Notes under the pieces: generated by a model
Databases searched by the model: none
What the model saw: only the letters and a program-made list of their open reading frames with translations
What the model was told of the DNA's origin: nothing
Shown here: positions 39,108 to 51,289 of the stretch, piece by piece
Layout: every line of letters starts with the position of its first letter
Position numbering within the stretch: the stretch's first letter is position 1
Program-made: the position numbers and the translations under genes
From: Escherichia coli
GTDB lineage: Bacteria; Pseudomonadota; Gammaproteobacteria; Enterobacterales; Enterobacteriaceae
Length of the DNA: 64,000 nt
Reading direction: 5' to 3' (one strand)
NCBI RefSeq assembly: GCF_001677475.2
Contig: NZ_CP015229.1

Positions 39108-40328
39108 TTAATCTTTCAGCTTGCGCATTACCAGCGTGGCGTTGGTGCCGCCGAAGCCGAAGCTGTTAGACATAACGGTGGTCAGTTCGCGATCGGTCGT
39201 TTCGGTCACGATGTTCAGACCCGCAGCCTGCTCGTCCAGCTCTTCAATGTTGATGCTCGGGGCGATAAAACCGTGTTCCAGCATCAGCAGAGAGTAGATA
39301 GCTTCCTGTACGCCAGCAGCGCCCAGTGAGTGACCGGTCATGGCTTTGGTTGCAGAAATCGCCGGGCTCTTATCGCCGAACACTTCACGGATAGCTGCCA
39401 GTTCTTTCACGTCGCCAACCGGAGTCGAAGTACCATGAGAGTTCAGGTAGTCGATTGGGGTATCAACACCGTGCATCGCCATCTTCATGCAGCGCACTGC
39501 ACCTTCGCCAGACGGAGCAACCATGTCTGCGCCATCAGAGGTTGCGCCGTAGCCAACGATTTCAGCATAGATGTGAGCACCACGCGCCAGCGCGTGTTCC
39601 AGCTCTTCAACCACTACCATACCGCCACCGCCAGCGATAACGAAACCGTCACGGTGAGCGTCGTAAGTACGGGAGGCTTTTTCCGGGGTGTCGTTGTATT
39701 TAGTAGACAGCGCACCCATCGCGTCGAATTCGCAAGCCATTTCCCAGCACAGCTCTTCACCGCCGCCAGCAAACACGATGTCCTGTTTGCCCAGTTGGAT
39801 CTGCTCTACTGCGTTACCGATACAGTGTGCGGAAGTCGCACACGCGGAGCTGATGGAATAGTTAACGCCATGAATTTTAAACGGCGTGGCGAGGCAGGCA
39901 GAAACGCCGGATGCCATCGCTTTGGTGACCACATACGGGCCAACCGCTTTCAGGCCGCGCGGGCCGCGCATTGCGTCAGCGCCGAATACCTGGAAACGCG
40001 GGGAACCGCCGCCGGAACCTGCAATCAGGCCAACGCGCGGGTTATTCTGGTAAGCTTCCGGAGAGAGGCCTGCATCTGCGATTGCCTGCTCCATAGAAAG
40101 GAATGCATAAATGGATGCGTCGCTCATAAAGCGCACAACTTTGCGGTCAATGAGGCCAGTGGTATCCAGTTTTACGTTGCCCCAGACGTGGCTACGCATG
40201 CCGGAATCCTTCAGCTCCTGAGAGAAAGTGATCCCTGAACGTCCTTCACGCAGAGATGCCAGGACTTCCTGCTGGTTATTACCGATGCTGGAAACAATGC
40301 CCAGGCCAGTAATCACTGCACGTTTCAT
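39108..40328 (-). CDS. fabB: 3-oxoacyl-ACP synthase I (KAS I)
   Basis: 406-aa ORF with KAS active-site region ([14 protein letters not shown]) and His-His motifs. Confidence 0.97.
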
Positions 40329-40375
40329 TCAATACCTCTGTAAGTCGCACATAGAGTAAGTTTCGAATGCACAAT

Positions 40376-40393
40376 AGCGTACACTTGTACGCC
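40376..40393. promoter_or_regulatory. Palindrome GCGTACA-ct-TGTACGC in the fabB promoter (FabR-type operator)
   Basis: Inverted repeat read directly about 50 bp upstream of fabB start; resembles the FabR/FadR-controlled region of fabB. Confidence 0.5.
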
Positions 40394-40420
40394 GAACAAG
40401 TCCGATCAGCCAATTAATAG

Positions 40421-42493
<2,073 letters not shown>

Positions 42494-42506
42494 TCAGCTT
42501 TGGCAT

Positions 42507-42606
<100 letters not shown>

Positions 42607-42613
42607 CAACAAC

Positions 42614-42892
42614 TTACTGCTGTGACGCCTGCTGAAACAGGTTTTCCCACATTTCGGTAACCAGCGCCTGGTCACGCGGCGACAATTCACCGGCGCCAAT
42701 GGCTTTTTCTAGACTCTGGCTAACGGTTGTATGCACCGCCTGGGCGGAGTGGTCATCACCACTTTCCAGTTCTGCGATGGCTAATGTCAGGTGGCCACGC
42801 AAATACCCACTGGCAAACAACTCATCATCACTGGCATGGTCAACCATACCGTCGATTAATGCCAGAATGCGTGATTCAAACTCCGCGATCAT
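42614..42892 (-). CDS. yfcL: Small protein YfcL
   Basis: 92-aa ORF at the 3' end of the aroC-containing operon. Confidence 0.85.
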   Translation of the reverse strand: MIAEFESRILALIDGMVDHASDDELFASGYLRGHLTLAIAELESGDDHSAQAVHTTVSQSLEKAIGAGELSPRDQALVTEMWENLFQQASQQ

Positions 42893-42925
42893 CTTCTTTC
42901 CTCATTGTAAAACGTGGCGCTGGCT

Positions 42926-43474
42926 TTAGTTGAGCGCTTCCGGCCACGGGAACTGTTCCGCCGTAAGTTCCGGCGTGTGATAATAATTTTGTAATGCTTT
43001 AATGAAGCGTGCCGGGCGTTCAGGAATGCCGTTTTCCAGATAATCCATCACCTGCGCATATACCCGCCGTTGAAACACCACGCGATCCGGTTCGAAATCC
43101 CCTTCCAGATTGTCGCAACTGACGTTAAACGGATATCCCGCCGCCACGCAGAACAACCAGTCCAGCGCCTGCGGCTTCACTTCAACATCTTCAAACTGGC
43201 TTTGCGTTTGGGCATCGCGTCCGTCCGGGCAATACCAGTAGCCGAAATCAACCAGTTCACGGCGCGCTTTCCCGGCAATACACCAGTGCGAAATCTCATG
43301 AATTGCGCTGGCATAAAAACCATGAGCAAAGACGATTCGGTTATACGGTACTTCCGCATCAGCAGGAAGATAGATCGGTTCGTCGTCGCCTTTAATCAGA
43401 CGGGTATTAAATTCATCGGCAAAGCAGCTATTAAAAATTTCAATCAACTGCTCATAGTGGTGTGTACTGTTCAT
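42926..43474 (-). CDS. epmC: Elongation factor P hydroxylase
   Basis: 182-aa ORF (former yfcM); HxxxE-like metal-binding region. Confidence 0.87.
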   Translation of the reverse strand: MNSTHHYEQLIEIFNSCFADEFNTRLIKGDDEPIYLPADAEVPYNRIVFAHGFYASAIHEISHWCIAGKARRELVDFGYWYCPDGRDAQTQSQFEDVEVKPQALDWLFCVAAGYPFNVSCDNLEGDFEPDRVVFQRRVYAQVMDYLENGIPERPARFIKALQNYYHTPELTAEQFPWPEALN

Positions 43475-44283
43475 TAGTTCATCCCCAACCAGTGGAGGAT
43501 CTCCTGTCCGTGGCTATCATAAAGTAATTTGGCACTCATCACCGCCGATACAATAACGATCATCGGGCGGATCAGCTTTTGTCCTTTGCTCAACACCAGT
43601 CTTGAACCCATGCGCGCGCCGAGGAACTGCCCCACCAGCATGACAAAGCCCGTCGCCCAAATCACTTTACCGCCGAGAATAAACAGCAGCAGACCGCCAA
43701 TGTTTGACGTTGCGTTGAGTAATTTGGCGTGAGCCGTGGCTTTGGCGAGGTTGAATCCGCACAGCGTAACGAAGGCCAGCGCGTAAAACGATCCGGCAGC
43801 CGGGCCAAAGAATCCGTCATAAAAACCGACGCAGCCACCGGCAATTAACGCGAAGGGTAAACCGTACATCCGGCGCTGGCGATCTTCTTCACCCAGCTTT
43901 GGCATCAGCAAGAAATAGAGGCCGATACAAATCACCAGAATGGGCAAAATCTGCCGTAAGACATCAGCCTGAACATACTGCACCAGCAATGCGCCGCTCA
44001 TTGAGCCGACAAAGGTCATGGCGATATTGAGTTTCTGATCGCTTAAACTAACCACTTTGCGGCGAATAAAGTAGATAGTGGCGGAAATAGAGCCGCCGCA
44101 GGCTTGCAGTTTATTGGTTGCCAGCGCGTTAGCGGGAGACATCCCCGCCGCCATCAATGCCGGAATAGTGAGTAACCCACCGCCACCGGCAATCGAGTCG
44201 ATAAATCCCGCCAGCATGGCGACAAAAAAGAGAACTCCCAGCAACAGCGGGGAAACCATAAACAGGCTATTAAACGTTTCCAT
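43474..44283 (-). CDS. yfcA: TauE/SafE-family membrane transporter
   Basis: 269-aa polytopic ORF; start/stop overlaps with both neighbours. Confidence 0.9.
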   Translation of the reverse strand: METFNSLFMVSPLLLGVLFFVAMLAGFIDSIAGGGGLLTIPALMAAGMSPANALATNKLQACGGSISATIYFIRRKVVSLSDQKLNIAMTFVGSMSGALLVQYVQADVLRQILPILVICIGLYFLLMPKLGEEDRQRRMYGLPFALIAGGCVGFYDGFFGPAAGSFYALAFVTLCGFNLAKATAHAKLLNATSNIGGLLLFILGGKVIWATGFVMLVGQFLGARMGSRLVLSKGQKLIRPMIVIVSAVMSAKLLYDSHGQEILHWLGMN

Positions 44284-45107
44284 TAGATCACGTGCTCATC
44301 CAGTAGCGCCTGGCAGGAAGGCGGCAACGGAGGCGGTGTCTTCTTCTCAGGCTTTGTTGTTCCCGGTTTTGGAGGTTCAAACCAGCTTTGCAGTTCTGCC
44401 CCGCAACCATCGCCCGGTGGCGGTAAAGGTTGATCTTCACACTCCAGACTATCGGCAGGGCAACGTAATCGTACATGCATATGCGCGCGATGCTGGAACC
44501 AGGGTCGCACTTTGCGCAACCAGTCGCGATCGGTACCCGCATCAAGGCAAAGTTGTTGTTTAATCGCCGGATTAACAAAAATGCGCGTGACGTCTTTGTC
44601 CTGGGCGGCGAGTTTGATCAAGCTGAAAATTTCTGGCTTCCACAGCGTGGAGACAACGTGTTTACCGTCGCGGGAAACTAAGTCCAGTGCTTGCGGGCGC
44701 AAAAGTTGCGCGGAGGTCCAGCGTGTTTTCGGCAGTTGCAGAAAGATATCGACATCCAGTCCGGTCTGGTGGCTGGCGTGACCGCCGTTGAAACGACCAC
44801 CAGCAGGCATCCCCATATCGCCAATCAGCACCGTGCCCAAGCCCAGATTGCTCACCTGGCTACTCAGACGCTGGATAAACATCACCAGATCCGGGTGACC
44901 GAAATAGCGACGCTGATCGGTACGCATGACCTGATAATGTTCGGACTGTATCGGCAGCGTGTCAGCACCGACGATACAACCATTAGAAAAACTGCCTATC
45001 GATTGTGCGCTACCCGGCACAGGTTGGGTTATTTTTTGCCACGGCGTCGCTGCCAGGCTGGCGCTACTGGCAAGCAGGGCCAGCAGCGCAATCGCGGTTT
45101 TGTTCAT
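44283..45107 (-). CDS. mepA: Penicillin-insensitive murein DD-endopeptidase
   Basis: 274-aa ORF with signal peptide and zinc-peptidase motifs ([17 protein letters not shown]). Confidence 0.93.
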   Translation of the reverse strand: MNKTAIALLALLASSASLAATPWQKITQPVPGSAQSIGSFSNGCIVGADTLPIQSEHYQVMRTDQRRYFGHPDLVMFIQRLSSQVSNLGLGTVLIGDMGMPAGGRFNGGHASHQTGLDVDIFLQLPKTRWTSAQLLRPQALDLVSRDGKHVVSTLWKPEIFSLIKLAAQDKDVTRIFVNPAIKQQLCLDAGTDRDWLRKVRPWFQHRAHMHVRLRCPADSLECEDQPLPPPGDGCGAELQSWFEPPKPGTTKPEKKTPPPLPPSCQALLDEHVI

Positions 45108-45110
45108 TTT

Positions 45111-46196
45111 TTACCAGCGTGGAATATCAGTCTTCACATCGGCATTTTGCGCCCGCTGCCGTAGCAGGTGATCCATTAAAACGATCGCCAGCATCGCTTC
45201 AGCGATCGGCACCGCGCGGATCCCGACACAGGGATCGTGACGGCCTTTGGTGATCATCTCAACTTCTTCGCCAAAGCGGTTAATGGTACGCCCCGGCACG
45301 GTTATGCTAGAGGTCGGTTTCAGCGCCATATGGGCAATGATTTGCTGCCCGCTGCTGATACCGCCGAGAATGCCGCCCGCATGGTTGCTCTGGAAACCGT
45401 CTTTGGTGATTTCGTCGCGGTTCTGGCTGCCGCGCAGCGCCACCACGTCAAAACCGTCGCCAATTTCCACGCCTTTCACCGCGTTGATGCTCATCAGCGC
45501 ATGGGCGATGTCGGCATCCAGGCGGTCAAAGACCGGCTCGCCAAGTCCGGCAGGAACGCCACTGGCAACAACGGTGACTTTCGCGCCGATGGAGTCGCCC
45601 TCTTTTTTCAGCGCACGCATCAACTCGTCTAACGCGTCGATTTTGTCCGGGTCCGGGCAGAAGAACGGATTTTGCTCGACCAGCGACCAGTCTTTGATTT
45701 CCAGCGGAATGTCGCCCATCTGGGTCAGGCAACCGCGAATCTCAATGCCAAATTTCTCGGCGAGATATTTTTTGGCAATCGCCCCTGCTGCAACGCGCAT
45801 AGCGGTTTCACGGGCGGAAGAACGTCCACCGCCGCGATAATCGCGCAGACCGTATTTTTGTTCGTAGGTGTAATCGGCATGGCCTGGACGGAAAACGTCC
45901 TTAATCGCACTATAATCCTGAGAACGCTGGTCGGTATTTTCGATCAACAAGCCAATGCTGGTGCCAGTAGTAATGCCTTCAAAAACACCGGAGAGGATTT
46001 TGACCTGATCCGGCTCACGACGCTGGGTGGTATAGCGCGATGTCCCAGGGCGACGACGATCAAGGTCATGTTGCAGGTCCGCTTCCGTCAGCGGAATGCC
46101 TGGCGGAACACCATCGACGATGCAGCCGAGCGCCAGCCCGTGCGATTCGCCGAAAGTGGTTACGCGAAAGAGTTGTCCAATTGTGTTTCCAGCCAT
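45111..46196 (-). CDS. aroC: Chorismate synthase
   Basis: 361-aa ORF from the second ATG ([20 protein letters not shown]). Confidence 0.96.
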   Translation of the reverse strand: MAGNTIGQLFRVTTFGESHGLALGCIVDGVPPGIPLTEADLQHDLDRRRPGTSRYTTQRREPDQVKILSGVFEGITTGTSIGLLIENTDQRSQDYSAIKDVFRPGHADYTYEQKYGLRDYRGGGRSSARETAMRVAAGAIAKKYLAEKFGIEIRGCLTQMGDIPLEIKDWSLVEQNPFFCPDPDKIDALDELMRALKKEGDSIGAKVTVVASGVPAGLGEPVFDRLDADIAHALMSINAVKGVEIGDGFDVVALRGSQNRDEITKDGFQSNHAGGILGGISSGQQIIAHMALKPTSSITVPGRTINRFGEEVEMITKGRHDPCVGIRAVPIAEAMLAIVLMDHLLRQRAQNADVKTDIPRW

Positions 46197-46230
46197 CACG
46201 GCTCCGTTATTGTTGTGTTTGCGTGTTTAC

Positions 46231-47163
46231 TTAATCTTTATAAATCGCGAAATGTTCTCGTGCGGCAATAAGCTGCTCTTTGGTGAGCATAAACACACCA
46301 TCGCCGCCGTTATCAAACTCCAGCCAGGTGAACGGAACATCCGGATATTGTTCCATAAGATGTACCATGCTGTTGCCGACTTCACAAATCAACACGCCAT
46401 CATCAGCAAGGTAATCTGCCGCGTTACCGAGAATGCGACGCGTCAGTTTCAGGCCGTCGGTGCCAGATGCCAGGCCCAGTTCCGGCTCGTGACGGTACTC
46501 ATTTGGCAGGTCGGACATATCTTCCGCATCGACATACGGCGGGTTAGTGACAATCAGGTCGTACTGCACTTTCGGCAAGTCGCGGAACAGATCGGATCGA
46601 ATCGGAATGACGTTATGGATCAAACCGTGTTCTTCGATGTTCTGTTCGGCAACCGCCAGCGCGTCGGGAGAGATATCCACCGCGTCGACTTCCGCTTCCG
46701 GGAAGGCATAAGCGCAGGCAATGGCAATGCAGCCGCTGCCAGTGCACATATCCAGAATATGCTGCGGTTGTTTGCTGATGAGTCCTGCAAATTTATTGTT
46801 GATCAGTTCACCAATCGGCGAGCGCGGAACCAGTACGCGTTCATCGACGAAAAATTCGTGACCGCAGAACCAGGCTTTGTTAGTCAAATAGGCCACCGGA
46901 ATGCGTTCGTTGACGCGGCGGATCACGCGCTCAACAATACGGTGTTTTTCGCTGGAGGTCAGGCGGGCGTTACGCATATCTTCCGGAATATCCAGCGGCA
47001 GATAGAGCGATGGCAATACCAGTTGCACTGCTTCGTCCCACGGGTTGTCTGTGCCGTGACCGTACCAGATATTTGCCGCGCTGAAGCGGCTAACCGACCA
47101 GCGCAACATGTCCTGAATGGTTTGCAGCTCATTTACTGCTTCATCGACGAAAATTTTATCCAC
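46231..47163 (-). CDS. prmB: Ribosomal protein L3 glutamine N5-methyltransferase
   Basis: 310-aa ORF with SAM-binding DMCTGSG and the NPPY motif. Confidence 0.93.
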   Translation of the reverse strand: MDKIFVDEAVNELQTIQDMLRWSVSRFSAANIWYGHGTDNPWDEAVQLVLPSLYLPLDIPEDMRNARLTSSEKHRIVERVIRRVNERIPVAYLTNKAWFCGHEFFVDERVLVPRSPIGELINNKFAGLISKQPQHILDMCTGSGCIAIACAYAFPEAEVDAVDISPDALAVAEQNIEEHGLIHNVIPIRSDLFRDLPKVQYDLIVTNPPYVDAEDMSDLPNEYRHEPELGLASGTDGLKLTRRILGNAADYLADDGVLICEVGNSMVHLMEQYPDVPFTWLEFDNGGDGVFMLTKEQLIAAREHFAIYKD

Positions 47164-47328
47164 GTATTCCTCCAGGGCATGGTCGCATTAATTTCGGCGG
47201 CTAGTTTGCCATGAAGATGACGATAAATCAGCATTCACGCGGCGATGACGCAGGAAAATTATGTTTTGACCGATCGATTGTGCTGCGAGTCGGGTAAACT
47301 GTAGGAAAATTAAAACAGAGATACATAA

Positions 47329-47880
47329 ATGAAAAAGAAAACAACACTCAGCGAGGAGGATCAGGCACTGTTTCGCCAGTTGATGGCGGGTACTCGCAAA
47401 ATTAAGCAGGACACGATTGTCCATCGTCCACAACGAAAGAAAGTCAGCGAAGTGCCGGTCAAGCGGTTGATTCAGGAGCAGGCGGATGCCAGCCATTATT
47501 TTTCCGATGAGTTTCAGCCGTTATTAAATACCGAAGGTCCGGTGAAATATGTTCGCCCGGATGTGAGTCATTTTGAGGCGAAGAAACTGCGCCGTGGCGA
47601 TTATTCGCCGGAGCTGTTTTTGGATCTGCATGGTCTGACGCAACTTCAGGCCAAACAAGAGCTAGGCGCGTTGATTGCCGCCTGCCGCCGTGAACATGTA
47701 TTTTGCGCCTGTGTGATGCATGGTCACGGGAAGCATATTTTGAAGCAGCAAACGCCGCTGTGGCTGGCGCAACATCCGCATGTCATGGCGTTTCACCAGG
47801 CACCGAAAGAGTATGGTGGCGACGCGGCGTTGCTGGTGTTGATTGAAGTGGAAGAGTGGCTGCCGCCAGAATTGCCCTGA
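47329..47880 (+). CDS. smrB: Smr-domain ribosome-rescue endonuclease
   Basis: 183-aa ORF with C-terminal Smr domain (LDLHGLT...HGHGKHIL). Confidence 0.9.
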   Translation: MKKKTTLSEEDQALFRQLMAGTRKIKQDTIVHRPQRKKVSEVPVKRLIQEQADASHYFSDEFQPLLNTEGPVKYVRPDVSHFEAKKLRRGDYSPELFLDLHGLTQLQAKQELGALIAACRREHVFCACVMHGHGKHILKQQTPLWLAQHPHVMAFHQAPKEYGGDAALLVLIEVEEWLPPELP

Positions 47881-48100
47881 ATGACAACAACCGGATATAG
47901 AATTTGCAGGTCGGATAAGATGCGCCAGCATTGCATCCGACAAGAAATGCCGGATGCGGCGTGAACACCTTATCCAGCCTACGCAAGACTGAATGACAAC
48001 AACCGGATATGGAATTTGTAGGTCGGATAAGATGCGTCAGCATCGCATCCGACAAAAAGTGCCGGATGCGGCGTAAACGCCATATCCTGCCTGGGCGCTA
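47881..48100. repeat. Tandemly duplicated BIME block (2 x about 112 bp, each with an inverted REP pair)
   Basis: Units starting atgacaacaaccggatat at 47881 and 47993 align end to end with a few substitutions; each contains ggtcggataagatgcg...gcatccgac and gccggatgcggcgt... Confidence 0.85.
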
Positions 48101-48964
48101 CAGCATATTCAATACATACTGGAATCGGCAGGTGGAGTCTATGGGCTGCCTGCTACTGGTATCAACACGTACTAACATATCGTGCAGTTGTCGATCGGTA
48201 ATAGGGTGCTGCGTTGGCGCCACAGTCACTTTAGCGTCATCACATCCTTCAGCAGTAAAGGTAATCAACTGATTTACAAAGCGACAATACGCGCCGCGTT
48301 CATCCATTTTACTGCCATCGCAGAGCTGACCATCTTTCATCAGGTAGGTCGATAAGTTTTGTTCAATCACTGACCCTGTTGATTTCAGATTCAAAACCTT
48401 ACTGTGTTCAACACGGCTGTCACTCCAGGAGATATCATAATTTGTTAATGGCTCACCTGGGCAGGTTGTTGTATAGGTTGTAGGCCCCCTATAATATTCA
48501 ACTCTCGGTTGATAATTATAATATACAGTATCAGTACTGTTCGCCGTCATCCCCACCATCCACGGACACGTCTCTGCCGAACCGTTGACCTCTATGGTCA
48601 TGACAACATCGGAGCATCTCCAGTTGAAATTGGGATCAATCTCTTTAACACCCGGACAATGGGAATCTTGTGTATAATCGCTCGAGCGGACTGTGATTTT
48701 GGGGGCTGGAATATTTCCCGGCCCGGTCCATGAATGATTAGGAAGATCCCCATACTTGACGCCATGGTCGGTATTTTGATAGTACACCCCATGATAAACC
48801 CCATTGGTAGTGAGTAAATCAAGGTAGAATTGAAGCGTTGCATTTCCGGCAATCGTACCATAGTAGACTGTCACATTATTATAGACTGCCCCCAGTTTCG
48901 CCTGAGCTCCCTGGCTAAAGAACAGCACCAGCATGGCGCAAAGCAGTAATCGTATTTTTTTCAT
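48098..48964 (-). CDS. yfcO: Fimbrial-operon-associated exported protein (DUF2544)
   Basis: ORF with signal peptide MKKIRLLLCAMLVLFFSQGAQA; start chosen at 48962-48964 (ORF track allows 48979). Confidence 0.78.
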   Translation of the reverse strand: MKKIRLLLCAMLVLFFSQGAQAKLGAVYNNVTVYYGTIAGNATLQFYLDLLTTNGVYHGVYYQNTDHGVKYGDLPNHSWTGPGNIPAPKITVRSSDYTQDSHCPGVKEIDPNFNWRCSDVVMTIEVNGSAETCPWMVGMTANSTDTVYYNYQPRVEYYRGPTTYTTTCPGEPLTNYDISWSDSRVEHSKVLNLKSTGSVIEQNLSTYLMKDGQLCDGSKMDERGAYCRFVNQLITFTAEGCDDAKVTVAPTQHPITDRQLHDMLVRVDTSSRQPIDSTCRFQYVLNML

Positions 48965-48965
48965 C

Positions 48966-49505
48966 TTATATATACTCAAAGGTTGCCGTCAGGTTGGCGG
49001 TAAAATCACCGAGCGTGACATCGCGACCGCTTTTCGCCTGCAGCCAGGCCCTGAAATGAATATCATTACTTCCATCGCTGAGCGTAAATTTCGCCCCTGT
49101 CGGGTTGTTAATTGCCACCCGCACACCATCGATCGTTTCCATCCCAATTCCGACGCCCTGAGCGGTTGAAGTGGTATCCAGCGCGAGGAAACCCGGCTGT
49201 TCGCTGTCTTCCGTACCGGTAAGGGTCACCTGCACCTGGTAACTCGCCGGCCCCTTGCAATCTTTTAGCTTAAACACCACCGGAACGTGCGGGGATTCCC
49301 CTGCGACCATAAGATCCTGACGACTGATGGCAGGAAAATGCACTTCTGCCAGATTTCCGCCATCAACCACCAGCGTGCAGGAACGGCTTAATAAGTTGCC
49401 TGAAAAATGCAGGTTGTTATCCACGGCCAGGGCACAAGTGCCACCGGTCAACAGCAGCCCCGCTAACAGCGCGTAGCCGAACGAATAAATGCGTCCTGTC
49501 TTCAT
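48966..49505 (-). CDS. yfcP: Fimbrial-like subunit
   Basis: 179-aa ORF with signal peptide and fimbrial subunit Cys pair. Confidence 0.85.
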   Translation of the reverse strand: MKTGRIYSFGYALLAGLLLTGGTCALAVDNNLHFSGNLLSRSCTLVVDGGNLAEVHFPAISRQDLMVAGESPHVPVVFKLKDCKGPASYQVQVTLTGTEDSEQPGFLALDTTSTAQGVGIGMETIDGVRVAINNPTGAKFTLSDGSNDIHFRAWLQAKSGRDVTLGDFTANLTATFEYI

Positions 49506-49990
49506 TGATAATCCACCCGTAATGTTGCATAGGCCGAAAACGTGGTATCACTCAACACCGCATCAGCCGATTTCACCGGCACAGCTTCCAGCTTCGGCTT
49601 TTGCGTAAAATCGGTGGCGTTAATGGCAAGCGGCGTATTCAGCTTAAAACGCTGACCATCGTGCCGAAGCTCAATACCAAAACCGGGAACATCTGTTTCG
49701 ATAGCCGAGTCGTTATACGTGGTCTGCGTACCCGTCCATGTGAGCGTCATAATCCAGTCGGGCTCGCGTACTGCGGAGTCACAGCTCAGGTCATAGTTCA
49801 CTTCCCTGCGACCATAATCCCCGTTGATGCTGTCGATGATAAGATCGCGAAATTCCACTTCAATGGTCTTTCCCTCGCTAATGGTACAGGCTGGAGGTGA
49901 CACCAGCGTACCGTGAAAGGTGATGTCTTCATTTGCTGCCAGAGCCACGCCGCCACAGATGCAGAGTAAAAGTAATGAGAGTTTTTTCAC
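49502..49990 (-). CDS. yfcQ: Fimbrial-like subunit
   Basis: 162-aa ORF with signal peptide; 4-bp overlap with yfcP. Confidence 0.85.
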   Translation of the reverse strand: MKKLSLLLLCICGGVALAANEDITFHGTLVSPPACTISEGKTIEVEFRDLIIDSINGDYGRREVNYDLSCDSAVREPDWIMTLTWTGTQTTYNDSAIETDVPGFGIELRHDGQRFKLNTPLAINATDFTQKPKLEAVPVKSADAVLSDTTFSAYATLRVDYQ

Positions 49991-50502
49991 TGGTAATCCA
50001 CCACCATCGTCATACTGGCGTTAAATTCCGCTGGCGTAAGCTGCACTCCGCTCTGTTTTACCGGCACCGCTTTGAGACTGGGCAACTGGTTAACATTGAA
50101 ATCAGACCAGTTACCTTCACCCACTTTAAACAGGGTGTTATCGGCACCGTTTTCAATGCGGATACCCAGGCCTGAAATTTGCGTCGCAATGACCGTTTCC
50201 CCGTTAATCACGGTGGTGGAGCCTTTAAGCTGCATCCGCAGATCATCAACACCTGATGCCTTGTTACCGCAGTTCAGGGTATAAAGCGCCCCCGTCGTAC
50301 GGTAATTTGTGCCATTGATTTTGCTAATGTACACATTGCCAAATTCAACATTGCTCCCCTTCACGGAACAGGGCGGTGGCCCATCCACCAGAACGCGCAA
50401 CGTTAATAACACCGGTTTACTTTCTCCCGCGACGGCCATGTTGCCCGTCAGCCAGCCGCTCAGGAGAAAAATGCCCGTTCCCACCAGAAACGTGTATTTC
50501 AT
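49987..50502 (-). CDS. yfcR: Fimbrial-like subunit
   Basis: 171-aa ORF with signal peptide; 4-bp overlap with yfcQ. Confidence 0.85.
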   Translation of the reverse strand: MKYTFLVGTGIFLLSGWLTGNMAVAGESKPVLLTLRVLVDGPPPCSVKGSNVEFGNVYISKINGTNYRTTGALYTLNCGNKASGVDDLRMQLKGSTTVINGETVIATQISGLGIRIENGADNTLFKVGEGNWSDFNVNQLPSLKAVPVKQSGVQLTPAEFNASMTMVVDYQ

Positions 50503-50517
50503 AAGACTCTCCCGGCA

Positions 50518-51270
50518 TCAGCCTTTGCGGCTCTGCTCTGCATCCACCTGGCAACTATTGCCGTTGCATTTAAAGATCAGCGAAAGTCGCGCGCCGTAGT
50601 CGTTGACGTAAGTCAGCACCGGCACACTGTCCATCTTCACATTCAGCGGTGCGGATGTTTTCGGCGGCATTACCAGCGGCGTAAATCCGGCTGCCGGATT
50701 ACCATTTTTCTGGGTACTGGCGTTGCTGAGGATCACGTAATACGGCGTTGGGTTATTAACGGTGAAGGCCTGCCCATTGCGGGTTAAAGTCACCTTGTGC
50801 TGCCACGGATCTCTCATGTTGATTTCTGCCAGCGCCTTCGGTCGCCAGAACAGTTTGATACGCGTTTGCAGAGCAATTTGCAGGGTGTTCGGTTTGTTCG
50901 ATTTTGGCGGGATTTCACGCACGTTAAAGTAGAACATGCTCTCACGATCGGCAGGTAACTTGCTGATATCCGGCATTCCCTGGACTTTTACCTGACCATT
51001 CATCATCGCATCAATGCGCTGTACCGGCGGCAGAACCGTCAATGGCGAACTGATTTTGTTGCCCTTTTCGTCTTCTATCCAGCTTTGCGCCAGATATGGC
51101 AGCTTAGGGTCGTTATTGCGCAACGTGACGCTGATGGATTTGTCACTTTCTTTGAAGATCAGGCGGGTGCGGTCGGGCGTTACCGATGCGTGGGTTGTAA
51201 AACTGGCGGCGGTCACCAGCAGCGCCAGCGCCGGGGCAACCATTTTTGCGGTATTAGTCTGTGTATACAT
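50518..51270 (-). CDS. yfcS: Periplasmic fimbrial chaperone (PapD-like)
   Basis: 250-aa ORF with signal peptide and PapD-family core. Confidence 0.9.
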   Translation of the reverse strand: MYTQTNTAKMVAPALALLVTAASFTTHASVTPDRTRLIFKESDKSISVTLRNNDPKLPYLAQSWIEDEKGNKISSPLTVLPPVQRIDAMMNGQVKVQGMPDISKLPADRESMFYFNVREIPPKSNKPNTLQIALQTRIKLFWRPKALAEINMRDPWQHKVTLTRNGQAFTVNNPTPYYVILSNASTQKNGNPAAGFTPLVMPPKTSAPLNVKMDSVPVLTYVNDYGARLSLIFKCNGNSCQVDAEQSRKG

Positions 51271-51289
51271 GGATCATTCCTTAATCACG

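Noticed and set aside
47662-48055. Two overlapping ORFs beginning MSDAML(A/T)HLIRP, and a similar one at 39054-39329 (MSDATLARLIRP)
   Set aside because: They are read-through translations of REP palindromes (the same peptide arises wherever a REP occurs), not genes.
47881-48100. Regularly spaced palindromic repeats that could be mistaken for a CRISPR array
   Set aside because: Only two units; the repeats are canonical REP/BIME sequences; there are no unique spacers and no cas genes nearby.
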